From Brachyspira murdochii (GTDB lineage: Bacteria; Spirochaetota; JAAYUW01), in NCBI GenBank assembly GCA_020722965.1, contig DYJT01000011.1:4554-68553 (forward strand): a stretch of DNA of 64,000 nucleotides, written 5' to 3'. Position numbers and translations under genes: made by a program. The notes beneath the pieces were generated by a model, which did no database searches, was not told the origin of the DNA, and worked only from the letters and a program-made list of their open reading frames with translations. Below are positions 1-8,658 of the stretch, piece after piece; positions within the stretch are counted from its first letter, which is position 1, and every line of letters starts with the position of its first letter.

Positions 1-80
1 ATTCTTTATTAATATGATACAAGCAAATTTTAAAAATATCAAGAATTAAAAAAATAAAAATTATCCTAAAAATACCAATA

Positions 81-166
81 CGGAGAGGAAGGGATTCGAA
101 CCCTTGATACCAAAAAGGTATACTGGTTTTCGAGACCAGCCGATTCAACCACTCTCGCACCTCTCC
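81..166 (-). tRNA. tRNA-Ser (anticodon CGA)
   Basis: The reverse complement reads GGAGAGGTGCGAGAGTGGTTGAATCGGCTGGTCTCGAAAACCAGTATACCTTTTTGGTATCAAGGGTTCGAATCCCTTCCTCTCCG. It has a 7-bp acceptor stem and an anticodon stem CTGGT/ACCAG with loop CTCGAAA. The long variable arm (TATACC..GGTATC) is typical of class II Ser tRNA. The T arm is AAGGG-TTCGAAT-CCCTT. CCA is not encoded. Confidence 0.9.
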
Positions 167-421
167 TTCTGCTAATATAATTAATTAAATTTAAAAAAAT
201 TAAAGAGATTTTTTTAATTTATCAATGAAATATGTTAAAATTAGCAATAGCAATATTCAACTACTAATTTTAATGGTTCAAATTATCAACCAATTATTGA
301 AGAGGTATATTTTAAAGCAATTTTAACAAAGACTCAAAAGATTAATTTAATTTACTAATTGTCTTTATTTTAATTTTTATTATTTTTTTATCAGGTTTTT
401 ATTTTGATTAAAATTTAGCAA

Positions 422-1606
422 ATGAAACTTAAAAACGATTATTCTTTCTATATTTTCTTCATGGCTATTATCTTTACATATCTTGGTTCTACATTGCAAA
501 GCGGAATTTTTAACAATTTTGCAGTTGAAAAACTGAAGATATTACCATCGCAATTAGGCATTTATGAATCTCTAAGGGAAACTCCAGGTATTATTGCCGT
601 TTTTATAGTTTATTTATTTATGTTCTGGCAAGAACAATACCTCGCAGCAATATCAACATTAATGATGGCAATTGGTTACTTTTTCTATGGTTTTGTCGCA
701 AAATGGGATCAACTTCTTTTTATCGGTTTTTTCGCAAGTGTTGGCCTTCATATTCATCTTCCTCTTTCAAATACATTGGCATTATATCTTGCTAAAAAGA
801 ATCATGAAGGTAGAATGCTCGGTTCGGTTCAAAGAATGAGCTTTGTCGGACAATTTTTAGCGATGGGATTTATAATTATCTTTGGTAAAATAATACCTTA
901 CTCTTATATTTTCATAGCATCCAGTATTTCACTGGTAATAGCATCTTTTTTTTATTTTTCTCTTCCTAAAACTATAGGAATAAAAGAAAAACCAAGAATT
1001 ATATTAAAAAAAGAATATTGGGTCTATTATGTATTGACTTTTCTTGAGGGTTGTAGAAAACAGATCTTCATCACATTTGCGATTTTTGTACTTGTCAAAG
1101 TTTACAATGTTTCAGTACAGTTAACCGCATTACTTTTATTTTTTAATGCTATTGTAGTTATAATAATAGGTCCTACAATAGGAAAATTGATAGATAGATT
1201 TTCTGAAAAAAAAGTTTTATTTTTAAGCTATTTTTTAGTATTTTTTGTTTTTTTAGGTTATGCATATATTCATAATCTATTTTTATTAATAATATGTTAT
1301 ACTCTTGATAATATATTATACCTTGGAAGTGTAGGTTTAACATCTTATATCAATAAAATTGCACCAAAAAGTGATTTAAGACCAACATTATCGACAGGTG
1401 TTGCCATGAATCATATCGCAGCTGTAATAATGCCTGTTGTAGGTGGTATAATATGGATCAAGGTAGGATATGAGATTGTATTTATAATTGGTTCATTGGT
1501 TGTTCTTGTTTCTCTTTTCTTTATAAGATATTTAAAAGACAATCGCACCCGGGGTGACTCGAACACCCAGCCCTCAGATCCGCAATCTGATGCTCTATCC
1601 ACTTGA
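422..1606 (+). CDS. MFS-type multi-pass membrane transporter, substrate unknown
   Basis: 394-aa ORF with about 11-12 hydrophobic spans. It has an MFS motif-A-like loop, GKLIDRFSEKK. The last 63 nt run antisense through tRNA-Arg. Confidence 0.65.
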   Translation: MKLKNDYSFYIFFMAIIFTYLGSTLQSGIFNNFAVEKLKILPSQLGIYESLRETPGIIAVFIVYLFMFWQEQYLAAISTLMMAIGYFFYGFVAKWDQLLFIGFFASVGLHIHLPLSNTLALYLAKKNHEGRMLGSVQRMSFVGQFLAMGFIIIFGKIIPYSYIFIASSISLVIASFFYFSLPKTIGIKEKPRIILKKEYWVYYVLTFLEGCRKQIFITFAIFVLVKVYNVSVQLTALLLFFNAIVVIIIGPTIGKLIDRFSEKKVLFLSYFLVFFVFLGYAYIHNLFLLIICYTLDNILYLGSVGLTSYINKIAPKSDLRPTLSTGVAMNHIAAVIMPVVGGIIWIKVGYEIVFIIGSLVVLVSLFFIRYLKDNRTRGDSNTQPSDPQSDALST

Positions 1607-1617
1607 GCTACGGGTGC
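1544..1617 (-). tRNA. tRNA-Arg (anticodon GCG)
   Basis: The reverse complement is GCACCCGTAGCTCAAGTGGATAGAGCATCAGATTGCGGATCTGAGGGCTGGGTGTTCGAGTCACCCCGGGTGCG. It folds as a 74-nt cloverleaf: acceptor GCACCCG/CGGGTGC, D stem GCTC/GAGC, anticodon stem TCAGA/TCTGA with loop TTGCGGA, and T arm GGGTG-TTCGAGT-CACCC. Confidence 0.85.
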
Positions 1618-1634
1618 AACGAAAAAAAGATAGA

Positions 1635-3458
1635 CTATATCAATTTTTTTGCAATAAGGCTTGCAACTTTATATCCATCAACACAAGAAGTTGTTATCCC
1701 TCCACAATATCCCGAACCTTCACCAATCATATATATACCATTTAAAATCATACCGGATTCATCTCTTAATACCTTTATTACCGATGATGTTCTTGTTTCA
1801 TATCCTATTGCGATTCCATTGCTTATAAAACCCGGAAGTATTTTATCAAAATAATTAAATGCATTTAAGAAATCTTTTTCAATCTGATCATTAAATAATT
1901 TCAGTAACTTAGCGCCATAAAGATCAAATGGATATGTTGTACAGATTTTAGTTTTTAAACTTTGTTTTTGTTCAAAAAAATCTTCAATATTTTCAAATGG
2001 CGCATTTAATCTTTGATTTGACATAAAAAAGGAGATTTTTTCAAAAAATTGCTGAACAATTAAATTTGCCTCCCAATTTAAAAACTCTATCTTGTTGGTT
2101 TTTTTAAAATTTATTATTTCAAAATCATCTATTCTATTATTTTCAGTTAAATTCAAATTGATTTTATTCTTACTTATCAATCCAAGTTCAATTTCTAATT
2201 TTTTCTTTATTTCTAATTTTTTATTTACTGAAAGACAGCCTGGGCAAAATACATTAATCATATTCTTTAAATCATTATTTAACTGATCAATATACATAAG
2301 AGCTTGCTTATTACTTATTGATGCGACAATTGCTGAATTTGAATTTATTCCATCTCGGGAATATCTTGAAGCTCCATTTGTTACTATCTCTTCTTCATTA
2401 CTATTAGATGGAAGGACTACACCTCCAGGGCACATACAAAAGGAATATATGTTTGAATAATTTCCCTTATAGAGAAGTTTATAGTTTGCAGAAGGTAAAG
2501 TTTTATAAAATTTACCATATTGGTTTTTATCAATAAAATCTCTTGGGTGTTCTACTCTAAAACCCAATGCAAATGGCTTGGCTTCAAGTTTTGCGCCTAG
2601 TTCGTATAGAATCCTGTAAATTTCCCTTGAACTATGACCTGTGGCTAGAATCAGATTGTCAGTTTCCAGATATTTTAAATCATCACTTTTTATATCATAT
2701 AATTTTAAAACCCAACTATTTCTTTTCTCTTCCCTTTTTAAATCTATAAGAGCGGTATTAAAAATAATCTGCACACTATGTTGAATTAAGTATTCTCTAA
2801 TATTTACTATTAGCTTGATAAGATTGTCACTACCAATATGAGGGTTGGCATCATACATTATAGAATTTGGCGCCCCAAAATAGTTAAATATAGAAAAAAT
2901 CCTATTATTTAATTCATCTCTGCTTCTTGTTAGTAATTTACCATCTGAATAGGTTCCTGCTCCACCTTCTCCAAAATTTATATTTGAATATTGATTAAAA
3001 ATTCTGTCTTTGAAAAATCTTTCAATTGTCTTATTTCTATTCTCAATCTCCTCACCCATCTCTATAATTATGGGAATTATCCCATTTTCAAGGAATGAAA
3101 AAGCTGCAAATATTGCTGAAGGTCCAAAACCTATTATTATAGGTTTATAAAGATTCTTTGTTTTATTTATACCTTCAATCTTTTGAAGATAATTTTCTAT
3201 ATCAAAAGTTTTTTTCTTGCCCTCAATTTCTTTTATTGATTGAATTTTATTTTTATTTAATAAGGCTTGATTTCGATTTAGCGTTATTTTATCTGGTATC
3301 TTTAAATGATATTCTGCTACTATCCTTTCTTTTTCCCTTGCATCAATGGATTTTCTCAATATTAAATAATTGGATACATTCAAATGAGAGAGTATATTTT
3401 TTAGTTGTAAATCCGGTTCTTCTTTTTCTGAAAGATAAAATCTTAATGCTATATTCAT
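1635..3458 (-). CDS. FAD-dependent dehydrogenase of the COG2509 type
   Basis: 607-aa ORF with dinucleotide fold IIIGFGPSAIFAA and motifs GEGGAGTYSDGKL and CMCPGG. The C-terminal GEGSGYCGGITTSCVDG and the N-terminal ..SIDAREKE.. leader are typical of this family. Confidence 0.7.
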   Translation of the reverse strand: MNIALRFYLSEKEEPDLQLKNILSHLNVSNYLILRKSIDAREKERIVAEYHLKIPDKITLNRNQALLNKNKIQSIKEIEGKKKTFDIENYLQKIEGINKTKNLYKPIIIGFGPSAIFAAFSFLENGIIPIIIEMGEEIENRNKTIERFFKDRIFNQYSNINFGEGGAGTYSDGKLLTRSRDELNNRIFSIFNYFGAPNSIMYDANPHIGSDNLIKLIVNIREYLIQHSVQIIFNTALIDLKREEKRNSWVLKLYDIKSDDLKYLETDNLILATGHSSREIYRILYELGAKLEAKPFALGFRVEHPRDFIDKNQYGKFYKTLPSANYKLLYKGNYSNIYSFCMCPGGVVLPSNSNEEEIVTNGASRYSRDGINSNSAIVASISNKQALMYIDQLNNDLKNMINVFCPGCLSVNKKLEIKKKLEIELGLISKNKINLNLTENNRIDDFEIINFKKTNKIEFLNWEANLIVQQFFEKISFFMSNQRLNAPFENIEDFFEQKQSLKTKICTTYPFDLYGAKLLKLFNDQIEKDFLNAFNYFDKILPGFISNGIAIGYETRTSSVIKVLRDESGMILNGIYMIGEGSGYCGGITTSCVDGYKVASLIAKKLI

Positions 3459-3549
3459 AAAAATAAAATTAACTTTCTATAAAAAATAAAAAACAAAAAA
3501 ATACAAAATACAAAATATAAATTATAAAATATAACTAATAATTAATAAT

Positions 3550-4197
3550 TTAAAATTTATAATTGGAGAAATTTAAAATTACATTTTCTTTCTTGTTTCC
3601 ATTTTCATCAAAATTAATAATATTAATCATCTTTACAAGTTTATATTTTTTATAAGTAAAATATGTTATGTTTATCTCCATCTTTTTTACATTGTCCTGA
3701 AAAAATATTATTGTGTTAAGTAAATTATCTATAAAGATAAAGTTGTAAGAAATAAGTTCGGCATCATCGCTGAGTATAAAAATATCTTTATCAAATTCAA
3801 TAGTATAACTTTCTAACCTTTTAGAAAGTTCCTCTGAAGACAAAAAGACATACTCTAATAATTGTGAATATATAGTAAAATAAGAAAGAGCAAAATCCAT
3901 GTAATCCTGTTTTATTCCTTCTATTTTTATAGAGATTTTACCATTTTCGGCAATTAAAAATAGATTAACATCACTTATCCCATTTATAAAAGCATCTTCA
4001 GGTAACTGCTTAAAAAACTCTGTAAAAACATCTGATGAGATTTTGCATTTAAAATTTTTAGGAATTAAATCTTGTTGTTTTCTTATTGCATCTATAAACT
4101 TAGATTCGGCATCCTGTGAAAAAATGTTGAAACAAAAACTTACAATTAAAAAAGCAAATATTGAAATAAGAAAAATATTTTTTATTATAGTTTTCAC
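3550..4197 (-). CDS. Hypothetical exported protein
   Basis: 215-aa ORF with an N-terminal signal-like hydrophobic segment (IFLISIFAFLIVSFCFNIFSQ). It is co-directional with and 34 nt downstream of recN. No family recognised. Confidence 0.5.
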   Translation of the reverse strand: MKTIIKNIFLISIFAFLIVSFCFNIFSQDAESKFIDAIRKQQDLIPKNFKCKISSDVFTEFFKQLPEDAFINGISDVNLFLIAENGKISIKIEGIKQDYMDFALSYFTIYSQLLEYVFLSSEELSKRLESYTIEFDKDIFILSDDAELISYNFIFIDNLLNTIIFFQDNVKKMEINITYFTYKKYKLVKMINIINFDENGNKKENVILNFSNYKF

Positions 4198-4230
4198 AAC
4201 TTTATCCTTAAAATTTATATTTATATCAAT

Positions 4231-5928
4231 TCAATTATTTTTACCTAACAATTCCTTAGCATGTTCAAGAGCAGATTCTGAATCCGGTTGCCCACTCAGC
4301 ATCCTTGCTATCTCGGAAATTCTACCTTTTTGATCAAGTTTTTGAATTGTTATAAAGACATCTTTACCAACTAGATTTTTAGCTACATTAAAATGATGAA
4401 CCCCATATGAAGCTATCTGAGGTAGATGAGTTATGCAGATTGTTTGTCTTTCCTTTGCTATCTGCGATATTTCATTCCCAACAAGATCTGCTGTTTTTCC
4501 ACCTATTCCAGTATCAATTTCATCAAATATTATCGTATTTGCCTGCTCGTATTCTATCAATGCTTTTTTAATGGCAAGCATTATCCTGGAAATCTCACCA
4601 CCTGAGGCAATTTTCTTCAGACTTTTCACCGGAAGAGAAGGGCTTGAGGACAAACCAAACTCAACTAAATCTATCCCATTTGAGCTAATTTTATACCCCT
4701 GCTGGTTTACCTTACAAAATGATTCATCGTCTTGCTTATATTCTAATGAAACCGAAAATCTTGAAGCTTCCATCCCTATCTTTTTTAAATTTTCATTAAC
4801 TATTAATTCTAACTGTTTTGCACTAACCCTTCTTTTTTGAGATATCGTTAAGGCATCATGTGCTAATTTTTGCTTCAAACCCTTTATCTGTTCCTGCAGT
4901 TTTGAAATCTTTTCATCCATGCTTTCAAAATTTGAAAGCTCTTCTTCAAATGCAGCTTTTGTCTTTAAAATCTCTTCAATCGAATTCCCATATTTTCTCT
5001 TCAAATGTTCTAATTGGTCCAATCTATTGTCGAGAAAATTCACATGCTCTTGCGAGTAATCCATTTTCTCAAGATAATTTGATATTATCTGCTCGGTATC
5101 TTGTAGAATAAGGTAGCTATCTCCAAGATTTTGAGAAATATTTGAAAGAGATTGATCGTAGCTTATTAACTCATCTATCGATCTTTTTAAATAAAATATT
5201 CTATTTATCCCACAATTCTGATTTTTTAAATAATCTAAGGCAGAACTCAAGTTAGAAACTATTTTTTCTGCATGTGCAAGTTTTTTTCTTTCATCATATA
5301 ATGCTTCTTCTTCTATCTTTGGGTTTATTTTATTAATTTCATCGATGGCATATGTAAGATAATCTATCTTCTTATTCTGCTTTTCTTTTAACTTTAAAAG
5401 GCTATCTAATTCTTTTTCTTTCTCCTGCAATTGATTAAAGTATGCTGAAAATTCATTTACCTCTTCTTTAATTTTAGCAAACAAATCCAGAAATACTATA
5501 TGTGAAGAAATGTTTAGCAGTTTTGAATTTTCATGCTGCCCAACAAGTTCGATTGAATTTTTAAATATATTTAAAAGATATGTTCTTGGAACAGGTATAT
5601 CATCTATAAGATATGAATTTTTAAGAGTTTTAGGATTATAAATTCTTCTAATCGTTATATCATCTTTTGTAAAATCCAAACCAAATTCTTTCCCTGCTTC
5701 TTTTATCTCTTCATCTATTTCATCCAAATCTACCTCAACTATTATAGGCTCTTCTTTATTCAAAAGAAATGTTGTATCTATCGACTCACCAAAAGCCAAA
5801 TACAAAGAATTTATCAATATAGATTTTCCTGCTCCAGTTTCACCGGAAATAATAGTAAATTCCTTATCAAAATTGACTTCAATCTCTTTGATTAAAGCAT
5901 AGTTTTTAATATATATTCTCTTTAACAC
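4231..5928 (-). CDS. recN: DNA repair protein RecN
   Basis: 565 aa with N-terminal Walker A GETGAGKS and a long coiled-coil centre. The C terminus has signature ASGGEISR and Walker B IIFDEIDTGIGG. Confidence 0.9.
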   Translation of the reverse strand: MLKRIYIKNYALIKEIEVNFDKEFTIISGETGAGKSILINSLYLAFGESIDTTFLLNKEEPIIVEVDLDEIDEEIKEAGKEFGLDFTKDDITIRRIYNPKTLKNSYLIDDIPVPRTYLLNIFKNSIELVGQHENSKLLNISSHIVFLDLFAKIKEEVNEFSAYFNQLQEKEKELDSLLKLKEKQNKKIDYLTYAIDEINKINPKIEEEALYDERKKLAHAEKIVSNLSSALDYLKNQNCGINRIFYLKRSIDELISYDQSLSNISQNLGDSYLILQDTEQIISNYLEKMDYSQEHVNFLDNRLDQLEHLKRKYGNSIEEILKTKAAFEEELSNFESMDEKISKLQEQIKGLKQKLAHDALTISQKRRVSAKQLELIVNENLKKIGMEASRFSVSLEYKQDDESFCKVNQQGYKISSNGIDLVEFGLSSSPSLPVKSLKKIASGGEISRIMLAIKKALIEYEQANTIIFDEIDTGIGGKTADLVGNEISQIAKERQTICITHLPQIASYGVHHFNVAKNLVGKDVFITIQKLDQKGRISEIARMLSGQPDSESALEHAKELLGKNN

Positions 5929-5931
5929 AAT

Positions 5932-6807
5932 CTATAAACCCCAGTTTAATTTTTTAGATATAATATCAAAAAAAGTTACTTTTTTAAATCTTATTATAGT
6001 TATTTCATTATCTGCTTTTGTAACATCTATTGAATGCTTTGTTCCTCCAATAAATGAAATTCCTCTTTGCCCGTCTGCTGTTATTGTTATCTTTCTTTTG
6101 TTTCGAATAGTTATATTTAAATGATGACTACTTTTAATTACAATCGGTTTTACTGTAAAGGAATGTGGGCATATAGGTGTTATTATTATAGATTCTAAAG
6201 ATGGGCAAATAATAGGTCCCCCAGCAGATAAAGAATACCCTGTCGAACCTGTAGGAGTTGAGACAATTATTCCATCTCCCCAGAAATGCAAAAGTTTTTT
6301 TTGATCTAACTTCACCAATACTTCCAGTGGGGTTGAAAATTCAAATTTCGAAATGGCAATTTCATTTAAACTATAATATTCTACTTTTTTATTTTCCGAT
6401 AAATCCTCAATATTTACTGTGGTTTTTAAAAGCATTCTCTTGTCTTCAAAATAATTTTTATTTAAATATTTTTCCAATTCTTTTGTTATTTCATCAAGGT
6501 AATTCCAGGTTAAGAACCCTAATCTACCATTATTGACTGGCAAAAAAGGGATCTTTTTATCATAAAAAAAAGATACGGTAAACAAGAAAGTACCATCTCC
6601 GCCAACAGACACAGCAAGATCATAATCCTTGGAATCAGAAGGTGGTTTATCTATAAAATGAAACCCATTATTATCTCTTCTCAATGGATAATATTCTGCT
6701 TCAACCCTTTTCAACCTTGAAACAATAGACTTAATGTTTCGAGTAAGAACTAAAGAATTATGATCATTTTCATAGATAAAAAATACAATTTTACTTTTTT
6801 CTGCCAT
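5932..6807 (-). CDS. nadK: NAD kinase
   Basis: 291 aa with the GGDGT motif (VSVGGDGTFLF) and the TPTGSTGYSLSAGGPI motif. It lies 4 nt upstream of recN. Confidence 0.9.
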   Translation of the reverse strand: MAEKSKIVFFIYENDHNSLVLTRNIKSIVSRLKRVEAEYYPLRRDNNGFHFIDKPPSDSKDYDLAVSVGGDGTFLFTVSFFYDKKIPFLPVNNGRLGFLTWNYLDEITKELEKYLNKNYFEDKRMLLKTTVNIEDLSENKKVEYYSLNEIAISKFEFSTPLEVLVKLDQKKLLHFWGDGIIVSTPTGSTGYSLSAGGPIICPSLESIIITPICPHSFTVKPIVIKSSHHLNITIRNKRKITITADGQRGISFIGGTKHSIDVTKADNEITIIRFKKVTFFDIISKKLNWGL

Positions 6808-7138
6808 CTATCTCAAGTAAAGCAACTTCTACAGATTCTACAATATTTAAAATTTTATCTAATTCAACCAATTTTAGTACAACCTGCACAGATTCAGCAA
6901 CACTTGTAAGATAAAGTGCCCCACCCCTTTTTTCAAGTTTTTTATGAGTAGCAACCAAAACTCTAATCCCTGAAGAAGAGATATACTGAGTATTCTTAAA
7001 ATCAAAAATTATATATTTTACCTCATCTTCCAATTTTTCAGATAGATCTTCTTCAATTTCAAGGCTGGCATTAATATCCAATTTTTCCTGTAAATAAATA
7101 ATAATTAGATCATCTCTTTGTTCAAAAAGGTATTTCAT
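6791..7138 (-). CDS. STAS-domain anti-sigma-factor antagonist (SpoIIAA/RsbV-like)
   Basis: 115 aa with STAS length and pattern. The conserved phospho-Ser context is FKNTQYISSSGIRVLV. It overlaps the nadK start by 17 nt. Confidence 0.8.
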   Translation of the reverse strand: MKYLFEQRDDLIIIYLQEKLDINASLEIEEDLSEKLEDEVKYIIFDFKNTQYISSSGIRVLVATHKKLEKRGGALYLTSVAESVQVVLKLVELDKILNIVESVEVALLEIDGRKK

Positions 7139-7152
7139 ATTTACCCCACTTT

Positions 7153-7551
7153 TTAATAAATTCTTTTTTTAATCTCATTTATATTTTTATCGCCCTGTCT
7201 ATAATAATCGAATGAATCAGAAAGTTTGCTAACAAGATACAACCCAAGACCACCAACTTTCCCCTTAATCTGAAACAAAGATTGGGGTATCTCGATTTTA
7301 TTAAAAATTTTACCATCATCAACAAATTTCAAATTAAAGATATTTCCTATCATAAACATTTTAATATAAATTATCTTCTGGCACTCACCACCATAGGCAT
7401 GCTTTATAATATTTGTAAAAATTTCTTCGGCAATGATAAAAATCTCCGATCTAGTTTCATTGGGGCAATTATGACTATCTAGAAAGTAAAAAAGATTCTC
7501 TCTTAGTTTAATAAAATTGTCAAATTTAGCCTCTAATTCTATTTCTACCAT
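7153..7551 (-). CDS. Anti-sigma regulatory Ser/Thr kinase (RsbW/SpoIIAB-like GHKL ATPase)
   Basis: 132 aa with N-box EEIFTNIIKHAY, a DDG G1-like motif and G2-like GGLGLYLV. It lies directly upstream of the STAS gene. Confidence 0.75.
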   Translation of the reverse strand: MVEIELEAKFDNFIKLRENLFYFLDSHNCPNETRSEIFIIAEEIFTNIIKHAYGGECQKIIYIKMFMIGNIFNLKFVDDGKIFNKIEIPQSLFQIKGKVGGLGLYLVSKLSDSFDYYRQGDKNINEIKKRIY

Positions 7552-7596
7552 CTTTATATCTATTTTTATTAGATAATATTATAGAATACTTTTTTT

Positions 7597-8658
7597 TCAA
7601 TAATTATTGACCTTTTTAATAAAGTAAGAAATTTTATCAAGATCTTGTTCATTCAAAAGAGGATAAAAAGGGATAAATACTGCGTGTTTAGCGACTTTTT
7701 CTGTATTTGGAAATGAATTTGATAGTTTTAATTCTAGTGATAATGGTATCTTTATCGAAGGTGAAATCTCCAAACCTATTTGAATTGCTATTTTTTCTGC
7801 TATTGATATATCTTCAACATCTATTGTAAAAGTTGTAAATGTGGCATCTTTTATTAATTGATCTTCGGAGTATTTTTCCAGAATCTTCCTTGAGTCAAAC
7901 CAGGAGACATTAGTTGAGTATTCTTTTGTTTCATTAAATAATTTAAAAAAGATTTTATTCCTTGATAAAACAATTTTATCTTTTTTCATTATCTGGCTTA
8001 AAAGCAGTGAAGAATTAAAATCAGATAAAAATAGATTATTATATAAAGCATATTGATATATTTTTTCATATATTTTCCTATCTTTTACAAATATTAGAGC
8101 TCCATCTCCTGAAGTTATGATCTCTTCATCCTTCAACGAACAGATTGCAAAATCAACACTGTCAATTAGATACTTATTCTGAAATTTCGTAAATAATGAA
8201 CCAGAAAGATCTGCTATCGAAAGAATATCTATATTGCTTATAAATTCAATATCAACAGGATATCCGAGATTATAAGAAAAAAACAAGATTGATTTATTAA
8301 GCTCACTCAATATAACTGGATTGAAATATAATGAATATTGATTTATATCTATAGGAATTATTTTTGTAAAAAAGCCCTTGAACTGATTGAAATAAAAAGA
8401 ATTTATATCATTTGAGCTATAAAGTGTTTGATATTTATCTTGAATATTTTGTAATATTAACTGTATTGCTATATACTTAGAGGAAACAAGAAGTATGTTG
8501 TTAATTTCGAGAATCTGTTTTAAATTGTTTAATACCTGTTCATAAATTTCTTTTGGGAAAATCTTTCTTTGAGCCAATGCTTCAAGCACTGAAAGAAGAT
8601 CATCTCTTTTTAAAGAAGGTTCCTTAAGAGAAATTAGTCGACTCAAAAGTGCCTCCAT
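7597..8658 (-). CDS. Divergent DegT/DnrJ/EryC1-like (fold-type I PLP) protein
   Basis: 353 aa. The only clear landmark is AICSLKDEEIITSGDGALIF, which resembles the S-x-H-x-x-K...tGEGG active-site block. The rest is very diverged. Confidence 0.4.
   Translation of the reverse strand: MEALLSRLISLKEPSLKRDDLLSVLEALAQRKIFPKEIYEQVLNNLKQILEINNILLVSSKYIAIQLILQNIQDKYQTLYSSNDINSFYFNQFKGFFTKIIPIDINQYSLYFNPVILSELNKSILFFSYNLGYPVDIEFISNIDILSIADLSGSLFTKFQNKYLIDSVDFAICSLKDEEIITSGDGALIFVKDRKIYEKIYQYALYNNLFLSDFNSSLLLSQIMKKDKIVLSRNKIFFKLFNETKEYSTNVSWFDSRKILEKYSEDQLIKDATFTTFTIDVEDISIAEKIAIQIGLEISPSIKIPLSLELKLSNSFPNTEKVAKHAVFIPFYPLLNEQDLDKISYFIKKVNNY

Noticed and set aside
81-1617. The two tRNA genes considered as integration sites of a genomic island or prophage
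   Set aside because: There is no integrase or recombinase gene, no direct repeat of a tRNA 3' end, and no mobile-element or phage gene nearby.
1411-1854. Three short ORFs (63, 63 and 83 aa) around tRNA-Arg and the end of the dehydrogenase gene
   Set aside because: They overlap a clear tRNA and/or the 3' end of a motif-supported CDS, and are better explained as chance frames opened by the GC-rich tRNA sequence.
2092-3460. + strand ORFs (64, 60 and 100 aa) inside the COG2509 dehydrogenase gene
   Set aside because: They are antisense shadows with hydrophobic low-complexity translations typical of AT-rich antisense frames.
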